A stretch of 64,000 nucleotides of DNA from an uncultured bacterium (GTDB lineage: Bacteria; Zhuqueibacterota; QNDG01; DTFT01): assembly GCA_963736115.1 (NCBI GenBank), contig CAVTNR010000027.1, positions 1-64,000 on the forward strand. Reading direction: 5' to 3'. A program made the translations under genes and the position numbers. Of this stretch, positions 21,301 to 29,884 are shown piece after piece (the stretch's first letter is position 1; every line of letters begins with the position of its first letter). The notes under the pieces are model-generated. The model saw only the letters and a list, made by a program, of their open reading frames with translations, ran no database searches and was not told where the DNA came from.

Positions 21301-22847
21301 GCGTCCGGATCCTCGACCGACGCGTCCACGCGCAGGTTCCGGATGTCCTCGGGCGGGAAACAGTCGGGAATCGTGCCGTCGAGAACGAGGGTGTCCGTAC
21401 TGCCCAGATACTGCCGGATGATACGGCGGTGATAGACGTGGCCGTTCACGAAGTCCAGCGGGATGGTGTCCCCGCGGCTGTAGTCGAACACATGGAAGGC
21501 TTCATCGTAATTCGAGGGATTTCGGACGACCTGGTTCAGAAGCAGCCAGCCGCTGTCGAACACGCGGCCGCCCAGGGGCAGAACCTTTCCGAAATACAGG
21601 ACACTGTCCCTCACGGCCTGAAAACGCAGTCTCTGCTCCAGACCGGTCAGGGTCAGGCGGAGCGTGTCGACCGGGCCTTTGCGATACCGGGAATCCGCCG
21701 CTGAATCGGGAACCGCGGTTCCGTCGCCACCGTCTCCGGGGATCGGATTGGGATCGACCGCGGTCCCGGATGTCACGCTGTTCGTACGCACGCCCTCCCC
21801 CTCGTTCCCGACCCGGTCCGCGGCACGGACCCGGTAATACGTCGGAACGCCGGGTTTGACACGCGTCTCATAGGTGAGCGTGACAGGCTGATCGGGATTT
21901 GCGAAAACCGTGTCAATGGGGATTTCCGCGCCTGTTCCCTCTGAGCGGTAAATATGGTATGCGGATACGCCGCTCACCGTGTCCCGGACCGTGCTCCAGG
22001 ATACCAGCACGGTGTATGTGCCGGCCAGAACCGCCTGGCTGAATTGAACGGGTTCCGGAGGCGTCCGGTCCTGCGTCGAATAAGTGAAGTCGGAGTAGAG
22101 GATGAGCGCGTCTGATTCGAAACCGTACGCGGCCTTCACATAATATCCGTATCTGTGACCGTCCAGCAGTCCCTCAAAAGCCGCTTCGAGCGTGTCTCCG
22201 GGATTTCTCCGGTACAGGCGGCGGAGCGATTTCATCAGGTTCGTGGGATCGTTCCTGTCGAAGCAGTATACATCCTGGATCTGGGCCGCGTCCGAAGGAA
22301 TCCACCGTATCACATTCACGGATCCGGCTGAAAAGGACGGTTCCGGAACGATCACGGGCGGCGCCAGGGGAGGCTCGATCACGGTGATGATGAATTTCAG
22401 ACGGCAGGCCTCTGCCTCGTCATAGGAGGACAATCCGTACCGGATGAAACCCTCGACCATGAATGAATCAACGCCCACGGACGACAGTTGCTCAGGTCGT
22501 ATAAAAAACGTGTTGTCGAGTTCTCCGAGATAGGACGGCAGAGTGTCTGCTTTGTCGACCCAATTCTCCACATAGGGCGGCAGATCGTACTTCGGCTTGT
22601 CCGTATAGCGCCGGAGCCAGATCAGATTGGGTTCATCGCCTCTGTGCCTGTAATGCGCAGTCATCTTGTACGCAGCGATCTGATGCCGCATCAGCGTCAG
22701 ATGATACGTGCTCTTGTCGACCGAGCGGATGGATTTTCCGGTGGAAAAATCCTCCAGTTCGAACCAGAGCGCGGCGCGCGCCGACCCTTGCATGCAAAAT
22801 AAAAGAAAAAACAGGCAGAATAGTCTAGCCTTCCACCCTTTTTTCAT
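18393..22847 (-). CDS. Large secreted multi-FN3/Ig-domain protein with FlgD-Ig/T9SS-type C-terminal sorting domain
   Basis: Start MKKGWKARL at 22847 with GGAGG RBS; repeated DxxSGVxxYxIYR, YYRVRAADRVGN, YRIVSVDSAGN; C-terminus QNFPNPFNASTTIRF..WNG..ASGLY..KMVMIR. Confidence 0.88.
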   Translation of the reverse strand: MKKGWKARLFCLFFLLFCMQGSARAALWFELEDFSTGKSIRSVDKSTYHLTLMRHQIAAYKMTAHYRHRGDEPNLIWLRRYTDKPKYDLPPYVENWVDKADTLPSYLGELDNTFFIRPEQLSSVGVDSFMVEGFIRYGLSSYDEAEACRLKFIITVIEPPLAPPVIVPEPSFSAGSVNVIRWIPSDAAQIQDVYCFDRNDPTNLMKSLRRLYRRNPGDTLEAAFEGLLDGHRYGYYVKAAYGFESDALILYSDFTYSTQDRTPPEPVQFSQAVLAGTYTVLVSWSTVRDTVSGVSAYHIYRSEGTGAEIPIDTVFANPDQPVTLTYETRVKPGVPTYYRVRAADRVGNEGEGVRTNSVTSGTAVDPNPIPGDGGDGTAVPDSAADSRYRKGPVDTLRLTLTGLEQRLRFQAVRDSVLYFGKVLPLGGRVFDSGWLLLNQVVRNPSNYDEAFHVFDYSRGDTIPLDFVNGHVYHRRIIRQYLGSTDTLVLDGTIPDCFPPEDIRNLRVDASVEDPDAVSPSTGYSRWHMKLTWDPATDGGSGLRGYRLYRKIIGTDTVFSEIPGTGPYRRTAYTDRLTDRPEVDVRNAMIRYRIASEDFVGNVRTWEQSVFETGERALGGPTLSFVDTLPPDRLLRGPDTLFVRGSSVALRLASFDVGPVLSYRISINGVETPHRNTGVDTLLLQLSQETSRIKIRALYPAGRSSVWSGVKVVIRASRLPVEGLTAWSDTAYWGGHIHLRWLRPSEDVLRYEILRWTDGRNARTVGLLTSSADTLKWTDFYGQDEMEDEPGDTLETYRVYRYTVRKLNLFNEMTPPSDTVSAFCNRPPRITSHEVKTENGRLVIELTWTRPHPNLFPSDFTTVIRVFSDSTTGTAVTDTIADDDTTYTYRNVTLGRNSIFQVLEIPNHDSQGRRSAWSQPYTVSFRKVDLAVLAQPRGRIFAHWGNSFVDSLRVSRFQLVRTAAGDTFDLMLSNRQSSYMDFSGTLVNGRLYSYSVFALDSLDHVVAAEVKDEICDRGSAYIPDVDPLSMRYFNSDSINVSWHWNPVPVEAGVPGAVVPVTGTRGAVLVRLQVSVSRSFPADPAQTRTQGPFPADPLNRNRRVPIPDLSNIENAKLYFRVTASDPWGNPVEELWSDDFYPVQTVIFDPVPPRAVGAVDFKSVTAYYASPDSVIRRLEWSSAGVQYPVDPQENWNDLIGNVAAFEIFRGLEEGPETLIGIQPVHQANMPYVWADTSANAGTHYRIVSVDSAGNRMSGGWQMPAFRVSTPAPPDPKGKRACAWQPLAGGAVQYVVEIAMDLRHFRYAYEMNAPAGLDSLVCRSVWMSDTSFVCPTGWGSIQCDTTWFRIKARRSAGGFIAESGWSAPSFFAPTPGIDPRSTSGADAGLPESFGLSQNFPNPFNASTTIRFDLRDPSRVRLMVVDVRGALVDRLVEGTRQAGRQTVAWNGCDRNGRPVASGLYIAILSAESETTGRTYAKRIKMVMIR

Positions 22848-22890
22848 GATTCTGGCCTCCGTTGTCGGACAACTGTACTCAAATTTATAA

Positions 22891-23011
22891 AAATTATGAA
22901 AATATTGCGTCATTGTCAAGAAAAAACAAAAACATAACTGTTCGATGCCCGAGTGGATGTATTTTTTACACTCGCCGGCCAATTGACATTGGAACCGATT
23001 TTAACTAACTT
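22891..23011. promoter_or_regulatory. Divergent sigma70-type promoters
   Basis: Minus strand: TTGACA(22919-22914)-17-TAATTT; plus strand: TTGACA(22983-22988)-17-TAACTT. Confidence 0.55.
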
Positions 23012-23051
23012 GACAGTCATAACTTCCAGCACTCATCGATCGGAATGCGGC

Positions 23052-23735
23052 ATGTCTCTCAGGAAGAAAATCCGGAACCGGCTCTATAAAGATATTTATC
23101 CCGGACTGATCACAGGCGCCATCCGTCTCATCACCGCCACATTGAGAATCGAACGCATCGGAATCGAGCCGATTGAGGAACACAGGCGTTCGAACCGACG
23201 CATTCTTTTCGCGTTCTGGCACGGCCGCCACTTCCTCATGATTCCCTGCCTGTACAGCCCGAACGTGAGCATACTGACGTCCACGAGCCGGGACGGCCGC
23301 CTGCTCGCCGACGTCTTGCGGAATTTCGGTTACAGCATCATTCCCGGATCCAGTCATAAGTCCCCAGTGCGCGCCCTTTTGGCCTGTGTGAACCGCGTTC
23401 GGGAAGGACAGGACGTGGTTTTCGCCGTTGACGGCCCGACCGGCCCCATCCATGTAGTCAAGCCCGGCGCCGTTTTCGTGGCCGCCAAGGCCGGGGCTTC
23501 CATCATTCCCATAGTCTTCTCCTGCAAACCCTGCGCCGTTTTTAATTCATGGGACAAGTTCATGCTTCCACTGCCTTTCGGCAAAGCGGTACTGCTCGGC
23601 GGTCCGCCCATCCCTCCTCCGGAGAAAACGGACGGGGAATCGATCGAGTCGGCCCGCCGAACTCTCGAAGATACGTTGAATTCCCTTCTGGCGGAAGCGG
23701 ACCGCCGCGTTGGAATGCATAAGGATCCGGGCTGA
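23052..23735 (+). CDS. Lysophospholipid acyltransferase-like DUF374 family protein
   Basis: FAFWHGR, LTSTSRDG, IPGSS, VDGPTGP..VKPGA, FNSWDKFMLPLPF. Confidence 0.88.
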   Translation: MSLRKKIRNRLYKDIYPGLITGAIRLITATLRIERIGIEPIEEHRRSNRRILFAFWHGRHFLMIPCLYSPNVSILTSTSRDGRLLADVLRNFGYSIIPGSSHKSPVRALLACVNRVREGQDVVFAVDGPTGPIHVVKPGAVFVAAKAGASIIPIVFSCKPCAVFNSWDKFMLPLPFGKAVLLGGPPIPPPEKTDGESIESARRTLEDTLNSLLAEADRRVGMHKDPG

Positions 23736-23820
23736 TTTTTATCCCCTGAATCGAAATATGACATCCGCTTCTTTTTCTTGAACAGAATGACATGGAATAC
23801 CGCCTAAACCTTTCAAAATA

Positions 23821-23862
23821 AAAAAAACAGCCGTCCCCCGCAAAAGGGACGGCCGTTTTGTT
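23821..23862. terminator. Bidirectional intrinsic terminator
   Basis: A-tract, GCCGTCCC/GGGACGGC hairpin, T-tract; lies between convergent genes. Confidence 0.8.
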
Positions 23863-23883
23863 TGTCAACTCCCCCGCTTCAGA

Positions 23884-25008
23884 TTATTCAAGCAGGATGA
23901 TTTTCTTCGATAGAACCGATGTCTTGTCCTGGGTCCGGGCTTCTATTCGGTAGACGTAAACGCCGCTGGCCAGGGACTCCCCTGTTCCGCTCTGTCCGTT
24001 CCATCGTATAAAATGATCGCCTGAATTCTGCTTTTCGGTCAGGAGTCCGGCCACCTGACGTCCACGGAGATCATAGACGGACACGCGCACATCCGCGGTT
24101 TCGGGCAATTCATACTGGATGACGGTTTCTCCGTTGAAGGGATTCGGAAAGTTCTGGCTGACAATGCGGCTTGAAACCGGTGCTACAGGAGCGCGCCTGT
24201 CCCGGACAGCCGTATACCGGGGATCGTAGATGATGACCTGGTCGATCCATACCGTACCGGGCGATCCGCCGAGACAGAAACGGAAGTAATTGGTCGCGTC
24301 CGTAACCGGCGCCTCCCAGATGAAGGGCCCGTAGATGTCCGAACTCTCCAGTGCGACGGAGGCTGAATTGTGTATGGTGTAACTGCCGGTATTCTCCTGG
24401 AACTCGATGGTAATCGTACGCGGCTCAGTCACCATCGCCGCGAAGCTGATCTCGTAAGTGGTTCCGCTGTCGATCGGAAAGGCCTGGTGAAGCTGAACGT
24501 GCCAGTCCGCGGTTCCGCCCTCGGTGATGTTGACCACGGCGGCTTCGCCCTGGGCGATTTCCTGATCGGAATTAAATTGAAGCGTTGCAGCTGCCCCCGG
24601 CTGGTTGTTCATGGTCCATGGAGTCCCGCCGCAGGTGAACTCCCCGTTCATGAGCATGTTGCCTTTTTCCACGTCCCCGACGTATATGAAGATGGGTTCC
24701 GTATCCAGGGAATTTCCGGCCTTGTCGTTGACCCTGGCCCAGATCCGGTAATACCCGTAGGGAACGTTCCGCCAATTGTACTCATAGGGCGCACGGGAAT
24801 CGGACGAGATGTTGGTACTGCCGCGGAAAAACTGCACGTTCCTGATCTCTCCTTCCGTGATGGTCACATCGGCCTGCAGCAGGATGTCGGAACACATTTC
24901 GAACTGCTGTCGGTTGGAAGGTGATAACAGCTGGATGGTCATGTTCTGCGCCTGCAGACTGCCGCTCCAAAAGGCCAGAAACAGCAGAAAAATGATCGCT
25001 TTTTTCAT
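23884..25008 (-). CDS. Secreted protein: Ig-like domain, CBM4/9-like carbohydrate-binding domain and FlgD-Ig C-terminal sorting domain
   Basis: Signal peptide; VQFF..APYEYNW..GYYRIWARVND; NMLMNGEF..WHVQLHQ..TTYEISF..VWIDQV; QNFPNPFNGETVIQY..KKIILLE. Confidence 0.85.
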   Translation of the reverse strand: MKKAIIFLLFLAFWSGSLQAQNMTIQLLSPSNRQQFEMCSDILLQADVTITEGEIRNVQFFRGSTNISSDSRAPYEYNWRNVPYGYYRIWARVNDKAGNSLDTEPIFIYVGDVEKGNMLMNGEFTCGGTPWTMNNQPGAAATLQFNSDQEIAQGEAAVVNITEGGTADWHVQLHQAFPIDSGTTYEISFAAMVTEPRTITIEFQENTGSYTIHNSASVALESSDIYGPFIWEAPVTDATNYFRFCLGGSPGTVWIDQVIIYDPRYTAVRDRRAPVAPVSSRIVSQNFPNPFNGETVIQYELPETADVRVSVYDLRGRQVAGLLTEKQNSGDHFIRWNGQSGTGESLASGVYVYRIEARTQDKTSVLSKKIILLE

Positions 25009-25534
25009 GAAAACCTCCATATAGTTTGTTTCAATGAGAGACCTAAATAATCTATCAAATCGTCTGTTAAAAATCAATTAATTTTTTACTTTAAGACAAC
25101 CGGGAAAATCGGTTCAGATAGATTAAAAAAAAACAGTCGGGAAAAATTGATATATAAATTATAGACAGACAAATTAGTTCAAAGCCTGGCGGATCACACT
25201 TGAATCATTAGCTTTTCAGGGAAAATTTCCGGAACGCCGAATGATCATTAGGATCTGAACACAAGAAAAACGAAATATCCATAGGAAAAACAGGGATGAA
25301 TTGATGTGTCGTGCAATTGACGCATATACGTCATTTACGGATCGAGGATATGATATACCAAAAATTGGATTTATGGTTATTCTCATCTGATTCGTTGGTT
25401 GAAAAGTCAGCATTTTGAGTATAAAGGTGGTCTCTGACCAACACTCATTCCTGCGAGGATTTGGTTTCTCCTGGTTCTACAGCCTGCCAGGATTATGAGT
25501 GATAGATTGCGATGGTGCCGCCCTGGAAGCCGGT

Positions 25535-26758
25535 TTACCGGTTCATTTCCAATCCGGTACTGATCATCGCTCCGTTGTATTGATAATAGGGGTCATTCGA
25601 CAGATTGTCCGCCCAGAAACCCGATACTGTCAAAAATAAGCCTTTCATTCCAATCGGACCGCGGAGCAAGGCTCCGGTCAAGGTTCGGATATCCTTTCTT
25701 TTCGTGCCAGCCTGCTCGATTCCCTCCATATCATACACCGGCCTGCCGAAATACCGATGTTCCCTTTGCCAGGACCCTTTGGCTGTCCATCCTCCGGAAA
25801 AGCGGACCGTTCCTTCTATGGACCATTCCTCCTTCTCGTGCGTGTACGGATCGTCAAAGAGCGGATCTTCGGACAGATACCCCGATTCCTGGGTGGTGAT
25901 ATACCGGCCTTCTCGGTTGAAATTCCATGATCTGAGAACCTGCACCGCGGTTCCGACCGAACGGCCCAGGGACTGTGTCACGCGTGCCGACCCTGTCAGA
26001 AGCAGGGGACGCATGCCTTCTGTTCCGGAGCGGATGGTTCTGGTGATCGTATAAACGGAATCTCCGCTCGTTGCGGATCCGGATCCGGGCCCTTTCCCTC
26101 TTCCGCTCCCCCCTCTTCCCTCCACGGTTTGAGGGATGATGATTTGCTCCTCAACCTCGGCTGTCATATCCTCAAGGTAACGCTTCTGTCCGATAGTCGC
26201 CTGAAGCAACACGGCTGTCCGTGACCGGAAATAACGGTTGGCCTGGAGTATTGACCGGAATTCGGTGAAATCGAGGCTCGGATATCCGGCAAATGCCTGT
26301 CGCTGACCGGAGAATGTCAGACCGGCCGTGTATAGGCCGCGTTTCTCCTGGCGTATGCCCGCCGAACCTGCAAGCCGGCTGTAATCCAGATCGGAGAAAG
26401 CAGTCCGATTTCGGCGTCTTTCGAGCGCGCCGCTCAACGTCCATGCGGGACACTCGTCGCCCGGTTTCCAGAGTATCTCTCCAAAGGGTCCGTACACGCC
26501 GAATCGCCTCTCTGATTCATTTTTAAAAATATAGAGAGATCCCTTACAGCCGAAACGAGCCGAAACCCGTTCACTCCCGGCGGATGCGACAAGCGCGGCT
26601 TCAGGCTGAAGAACATAATCCTCGGATCCGAAAGCCGTCTTATAGGAATTGCCGTCGTAAACAGACCAGAGACCGGTCCGCATCCCGATGGAAGCGAAAA
26701 CCGGGTGAAGGCGCAGTCCGGACAACAGAATAAAAGCCGTAACTGTCAATCGGCTCAT
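25535..26758 (-). CDS. Hypothetical outer-membrane beta-barrel protein with a Gly/Ser-rich loop
   Basis: AAGGAG RBS before MSRLTVTAF; alternating beta-strand pattern; C-terminal NLSNDPYYQYN..STGLE; insert GRGGSGRGKGPGSG. Confidence 0.65.
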   Translation of the reverse strand: MSRLTVTAFILLSGLRLHPVFASIGMRTGLWSVYDGNSYKTAFGSEDYVLQPEAALVASAGSERVSARFGCKGSLYIFKNESERRFGVYGPFGEILWKPGDECPAWTLSGALERRRNRTAFSDLDYSRLAGSAGIRQEKRGLYTAGLTFSGQRQAFAGYPSLDFTEFRSILQANRYFRSRTAVLLQATIGQKRYLEDMTAEVEEQIIIPQTVEGRGGSGRGKGPGSGSATSGDSVYTITRTIRSGTEGMRPLLLTGSARVTQSLGRSVGTAVQVLRSWNFNREGRYITTQESGYLSEDPLFDDPYTHEKEEWSIEGTVRFSGGWTAKGSWQREHRYFGRPVYDMEGIEQAGTKRKDIRTLTGALLRGPIGMKGLFLTVSGFWADNLSNDPYYQYNGAMISTGLEMNR

Positions 26759-26802
26759 CGCTCCTTTCCATCCGGATCCGATTGTCACTCCGGTCCGCAT
26801 CC

Positions 26803-27405
26803 TCATCGCCCGCCTTTTCCCTGTCTCCGCCATTTCCGTTGAACGGTTCCGCCGGACCGGTCATCGGCCATGCCGTCCCCGTCCGTGTCGATGAAGCGGT
26901 CCATGCCGGATCCTGTTTGCATGCCGCCGGTCCCGGAACCGACGCGCATTTTCGATATGGTCTCGCCGGTCACGTCGTTCCGTCCGTCTCCGTCCGCGTC
27001 CAGAACATGGCCCCGGAGCGCCTTGCCGGAAAGAACCGGTCCGTCGTCATCCGCGATTCCGTCCCCGTCCGAATCGGTCCAGTTTTCCTCGGGATCGGGG
27101 ATCACGAGATCATTAACCCCGTCCCCGTTTGCGTCCCGCCAATGGTCGTTCAAGCCGTCTCCGTCCGCGTCCGCGTACCGGAACATTCGGCGGTACCGTT
27201 TACCGTCGCTGTCATTGACGCCGTCCCCGTCCGCATCGCAGTACCGGTCATTGACGCCGTCTCCGTCCGCGTCCGTGAATCCGATCATCGGAAGGACCGG
27301 AACGCCGGATTCCGTTCCATCCGTACGCTGGGCGGCCGATTCCATCGGGGCCGCCAGAAGAACGGCCAGTATCAGAACAGCAAATTCCGGATTCCGGATG
27401 TTCAT
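26803..27405 (-). CDS. Secreted DxDGDG-repeat (thrombospondin type-3/EF-hand-like) calcium-binding protein
   Basis: Signal peptide; about seven D(A/S/T)DGDGxxD-type repeats; basic Gly-rich tail. Confidence 0.75.
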   Translation of the reverse strand: MNIRNPEFAVLILAVLLAAPMESAAQRTDGTESGVPVLPMIGFTDADGDGVNDRYCDADGDGVNDSDGKRYRRMFRYADADGDGLNDHWRDANGDGVNDLVIPDPEENWTDSDGDGIADDDGPVLSGKALRGHVLDADGDGRNDVTGETISKMRVGSGTGGMQTGSGMDRFIDTDGDGMADDRSGGTVQRKWRRQGKGGR

Positions 27406-27582
27406 GTTTTTTTCCTTCATTCTCTCCGGCCGGCATCGGGGGTTTCCGGACCGGTCGGGCATGTGCATGTCCGTAATATAGGAAACTCGGATCAAGAAAG
27501 AAAGTCCCGGTTGAAACGGCATGCACGCAGAACCCCGGCCGCCGGGCGGGATGCCGCCTCATCCCGTCCGGTGCTGCCGAAG

Positions 27583-29082
27583 TCATTTCAGCAGGACCAT
27601 TCGCCGGCTTTGGCTGAAATCCTGCGTCTCAAGACGGACGAGGTACATCCCTGCGCCCGCAGATCGGCCCTGATCATCCGTTCCGTCCCAGCGGAACGTG
27701 TGCGATCCGGGCGCGCAGTTGCCTTCAAAAAGTACCCGGACCCGCCGTCCCAGCACGTCATAGACCGAAACCGCGGTTTTCCGGGAAAGAGAACCCGCGA
27801 GATCGAAACGAATCGTAGTCTCGGGATTGAATGGATTCGGAAAATTCGCATGCAGAACGTGTGTTTCAGGCTGAACGGACGGACGATTCCAGACAGCCGA
27901 AACAACCGTACCTTTTTCCGCGATCACAATGGTCGAAAAGTGAGCCGCCTGGCAATAGACCCGGTTGGCGCCCGTATCCACGACCACGTTCGTGAGCCCC
28001 GTCGCATCGAGTCCCGCCTCGGTGCAGTAGTAGACGCCTACCTGATCCGGAGACAGGCCCGATTTCTTCAATTGGCCGGCCTCCAGAGGCAGACTGAGCT
28101 GGACCGGGGTGTTGAAGGGGAAGGGTTCCATCGTCTGCCCGTCCACGGAAACAGAGAACGAGGCGCCGTTCAGAATTCCTCTCGGAAACCGCACTGAATC
28201 CGGTCCTATCTCTGCGTTTTCCGGAAGCGTGACGTCAATGGCGATGTTGCGTGACACGCATCCAGGCGGAAACGCAACATCCCCGCCGTTCAGCCCGTCC
28301 ATCGGAAAGGCCAGGCCGGACATCTTGAGCACGCCCTTCTCGCGAAGCCGTTTCGTCTCACCTGTCATCCGGCCGTCCCGCGTCATGAACCGGACACGTA
28401 TCGAGTCGCCGCCCGTCGTGTCTCCGGCTGACGCGGCCACCATGACGCGCGCCCGCGTGGTGAAGCGTTCCTGAACGGCCTGCACCAGATCAATGCCCTT
28501 GCGATTGGCCGTGAACTGGCCGTTTTCATTGACGGAGCCCTGGCCGTTTCCGTCCATCCGCCAGGTCGCCTGGGTTTGAGTTTGAACGCCGTTGGAATCG
28601 ACCAGGTAGGCCCGAAACCGGACTATCTGGCCGGAGAGCACAACCGTGTCGCTCGGCTCCACCATCAGTCGGAGACGGTTGCTCCACGCGTTCCGTTCTC
28701 TGAGTGTATCGTACTGTGTTCCTTCCGCGACAGTGACCAGCGCTCTGCCCGAGAACGCCCCGGACGAAGCCTTGACGTAACCATGTCCATTGCCCGCGGG
28801 AGTGAAAAGCCCGTTTGCGCTGATCGTGCCGATGCCCTGGCATTCCATGCTCCAGGAGAAGGTTGCTTCGAGTGAGGCGCCCTGTGAGTCGACCAGTGCG
28901 GCCGTGAACGTCACCGGGAATCCGGGGCGGGTCAGAACATCGCCCGGGGTGATGACCACACGATCGGGTTTCCCCTTCTGGTCCCCTCCGGAACCTCCGT
29001 TTCCCTGGCCGATCGCATTCGCCGCGAATGCCAGCGCCAGAAAAACGGCCGGGATAACGTTCCACCGTTTTCCGAGTGTCAT
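27583..29082 (-). CDS. Secreted protein with two Ig-like repeats and a FlgD-Ig C-terminal sorting domain
   Basis: Duplicated VxPxD..FxAxLVDSxG..W..G.I..NGxFT; AAHFST motif; NFPNPFNPETTIRF..WDG..GMYLVRL..RMVLLK. Confidence 0.85.
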   Translation of the reverse strand: MTLGKRWNVIPAVFLALAFAANAIGQGNGGSGGDQKGKPDRVVITPGDVLTRPGFPVTFTAALVDSQGASLEATFSWSMECQGIGTISANGLFTPAGNGHGYVKASSGAFSGRALVTVAEGTQYDTLRERNAWSNRLRLMVEPSDTVVLSGQIVRFRAYLVDSNGVQTQTQATWRMDGNGQGSVNENGQFTANRKGIDLVQAVQERFTTRARVMVAASAGDTTGGDSIRVRFMTRDGRMTGETKRLREKGVLKMSGLAFPMDGLNGGDVAFPPGCVSRNIAIDVTLPENAEIGPDSVRFPRGILNGASFSVSVDGQTMEPFPFNTPVQLSLPLEAGQLKKSGLSPDQVGVYYCTEAGLDATGLTNVVVDTGANRVYCQAAHFSTIVIAEKGTVVSAVWNRPSVQPETHVLHANFPNPFNPETTIRFDLAGSLSRKTAVSVYDVLGRRVRVLFEGNCAPGSHTFRWDGTDDQGRSAGAGMYLVRLETQDFSQSRRMVLLK

Positions 29083-29122
29083 GGGTCCTCCTGTCTTTTG
29101 GCATGACTGTTTGTCTGAAGCA

Positions 29123-29171
29123 GACGGCCGGACAGCCGCTCTCTTTTACAGGAGAGGACTGTCCGGCCGTC
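29123..29171. other. Long intergenic stem-loop (mRNA stabiliser or attenuator)
   Basis: GACGGCCGGACAG / CTGTCCGGCCGTC 13-bp inverted repeat between the first and second genes of the sigma54 operon. Confidence 0.55.
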
Positions 29172-29186
29172 AAACGATTCGGATGC

Positions 29187-29606
29187 TTACTGACCGGATC
29201 CGTTCGAACGGTTCCCGAAACGGTTCCGGACAGCCGCCTTGAACTGCTGGAGGCCGCCTGAGACATTCCCCCAGAAGTGTTTGGCCATCTTTTTCGATCC
29301 GGAAAAGAGTCCGGAATCCGGATCCTGGCAATTCAAGATGCCGTCGCCGTCGTCATCCTGCTGACGGTCATTGATGCCGTCGCCGTCCGAATCCACCCAT
29401 CCGTGCCCGACACCCTCCGGATTCCCGGGGACATAATCGGGATCCAGGCAATTCGGAATGCCGTCGTCATCCACGTCTTGCATACCCACATCGCCGCCCC
29501 TGTGTCCGCCCGCGTATCCGCCGGTCTGCGCGTTGAGGGATAGAGAGAACAGGGCGAATAACAGCAGAGCCGCCATACCGTACAGCCGGATTCTCGTGCT
29601 TTTCAT
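29187..29606 (-). CDS. Small secreted TSP3-like repeat protein
   Basis: Signal peptide; DVDDDGIPNCLDPD, DSDGDGIND, DDDGDGILNCQDPD. Confidence 0.78.
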   Translation of the reverse strand: MKSTRIRLYGMAALLLFALFSLSLNAQTGGYAGGHRGGDVGMQDVDDDGIPNCLDPDYVPGNPEGVGHGWVDSDGDGINDRQQDDDGDGILNCQDPDSGLFSGSKKMAKHFWGNVSGGLQQFKAAVRNRFGNRSNGSGQ

Positions 29607-29660
29607 GACACATCCTTTCTGTTGATTGTGAATGGTTTCATCTTTCAGAGTTAAGAACAG

Positions 29661-29675
29661 GCAAGACCAGTGCCA
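29661..29675 (-). promoter_or_regulatory. sigma54 (-24/-12) promoter
   Basis: TGGCACTGGTCTTGC, exact GG-N10-GC spacing, 55 nt upstream of ATG 29606, next to an NtrC-family gene. Confidence 0.85.
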
Positions 29676-29884
29676 GGAGGGTGTATTGATTTCATGGGCA
29701 CTTTTAAGCTTTATATTTACAGTAGGATAAAAAGCTAAGCGGAACTGAAAATGAGCTTTAAACGGATATTATTTTCGACAATACGGTCTAATGGCTCGAC
29801 CGTTTGGTCGAGTCAAACAGGCTGCATGTCTGCAACGGGTGGGGTTTCGGAAGAAAACCGGAAAGGAGAGAATACCAGAAGCGG

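Noticed and set aside
25216-25413. 65-aa AT-rich ORF
   Set aside because: Atypical codon usage, no RBS or motif; more likely regulatory DNA
26860-27280. Tandem DNA repeats (ccgtccgcgtc-like) resembling a CRISPR or VNTR
   Set aside because: They encode the DADGDG protein repeats; degenerate at third positions, no fixed repeat-spacer period, no cas genes
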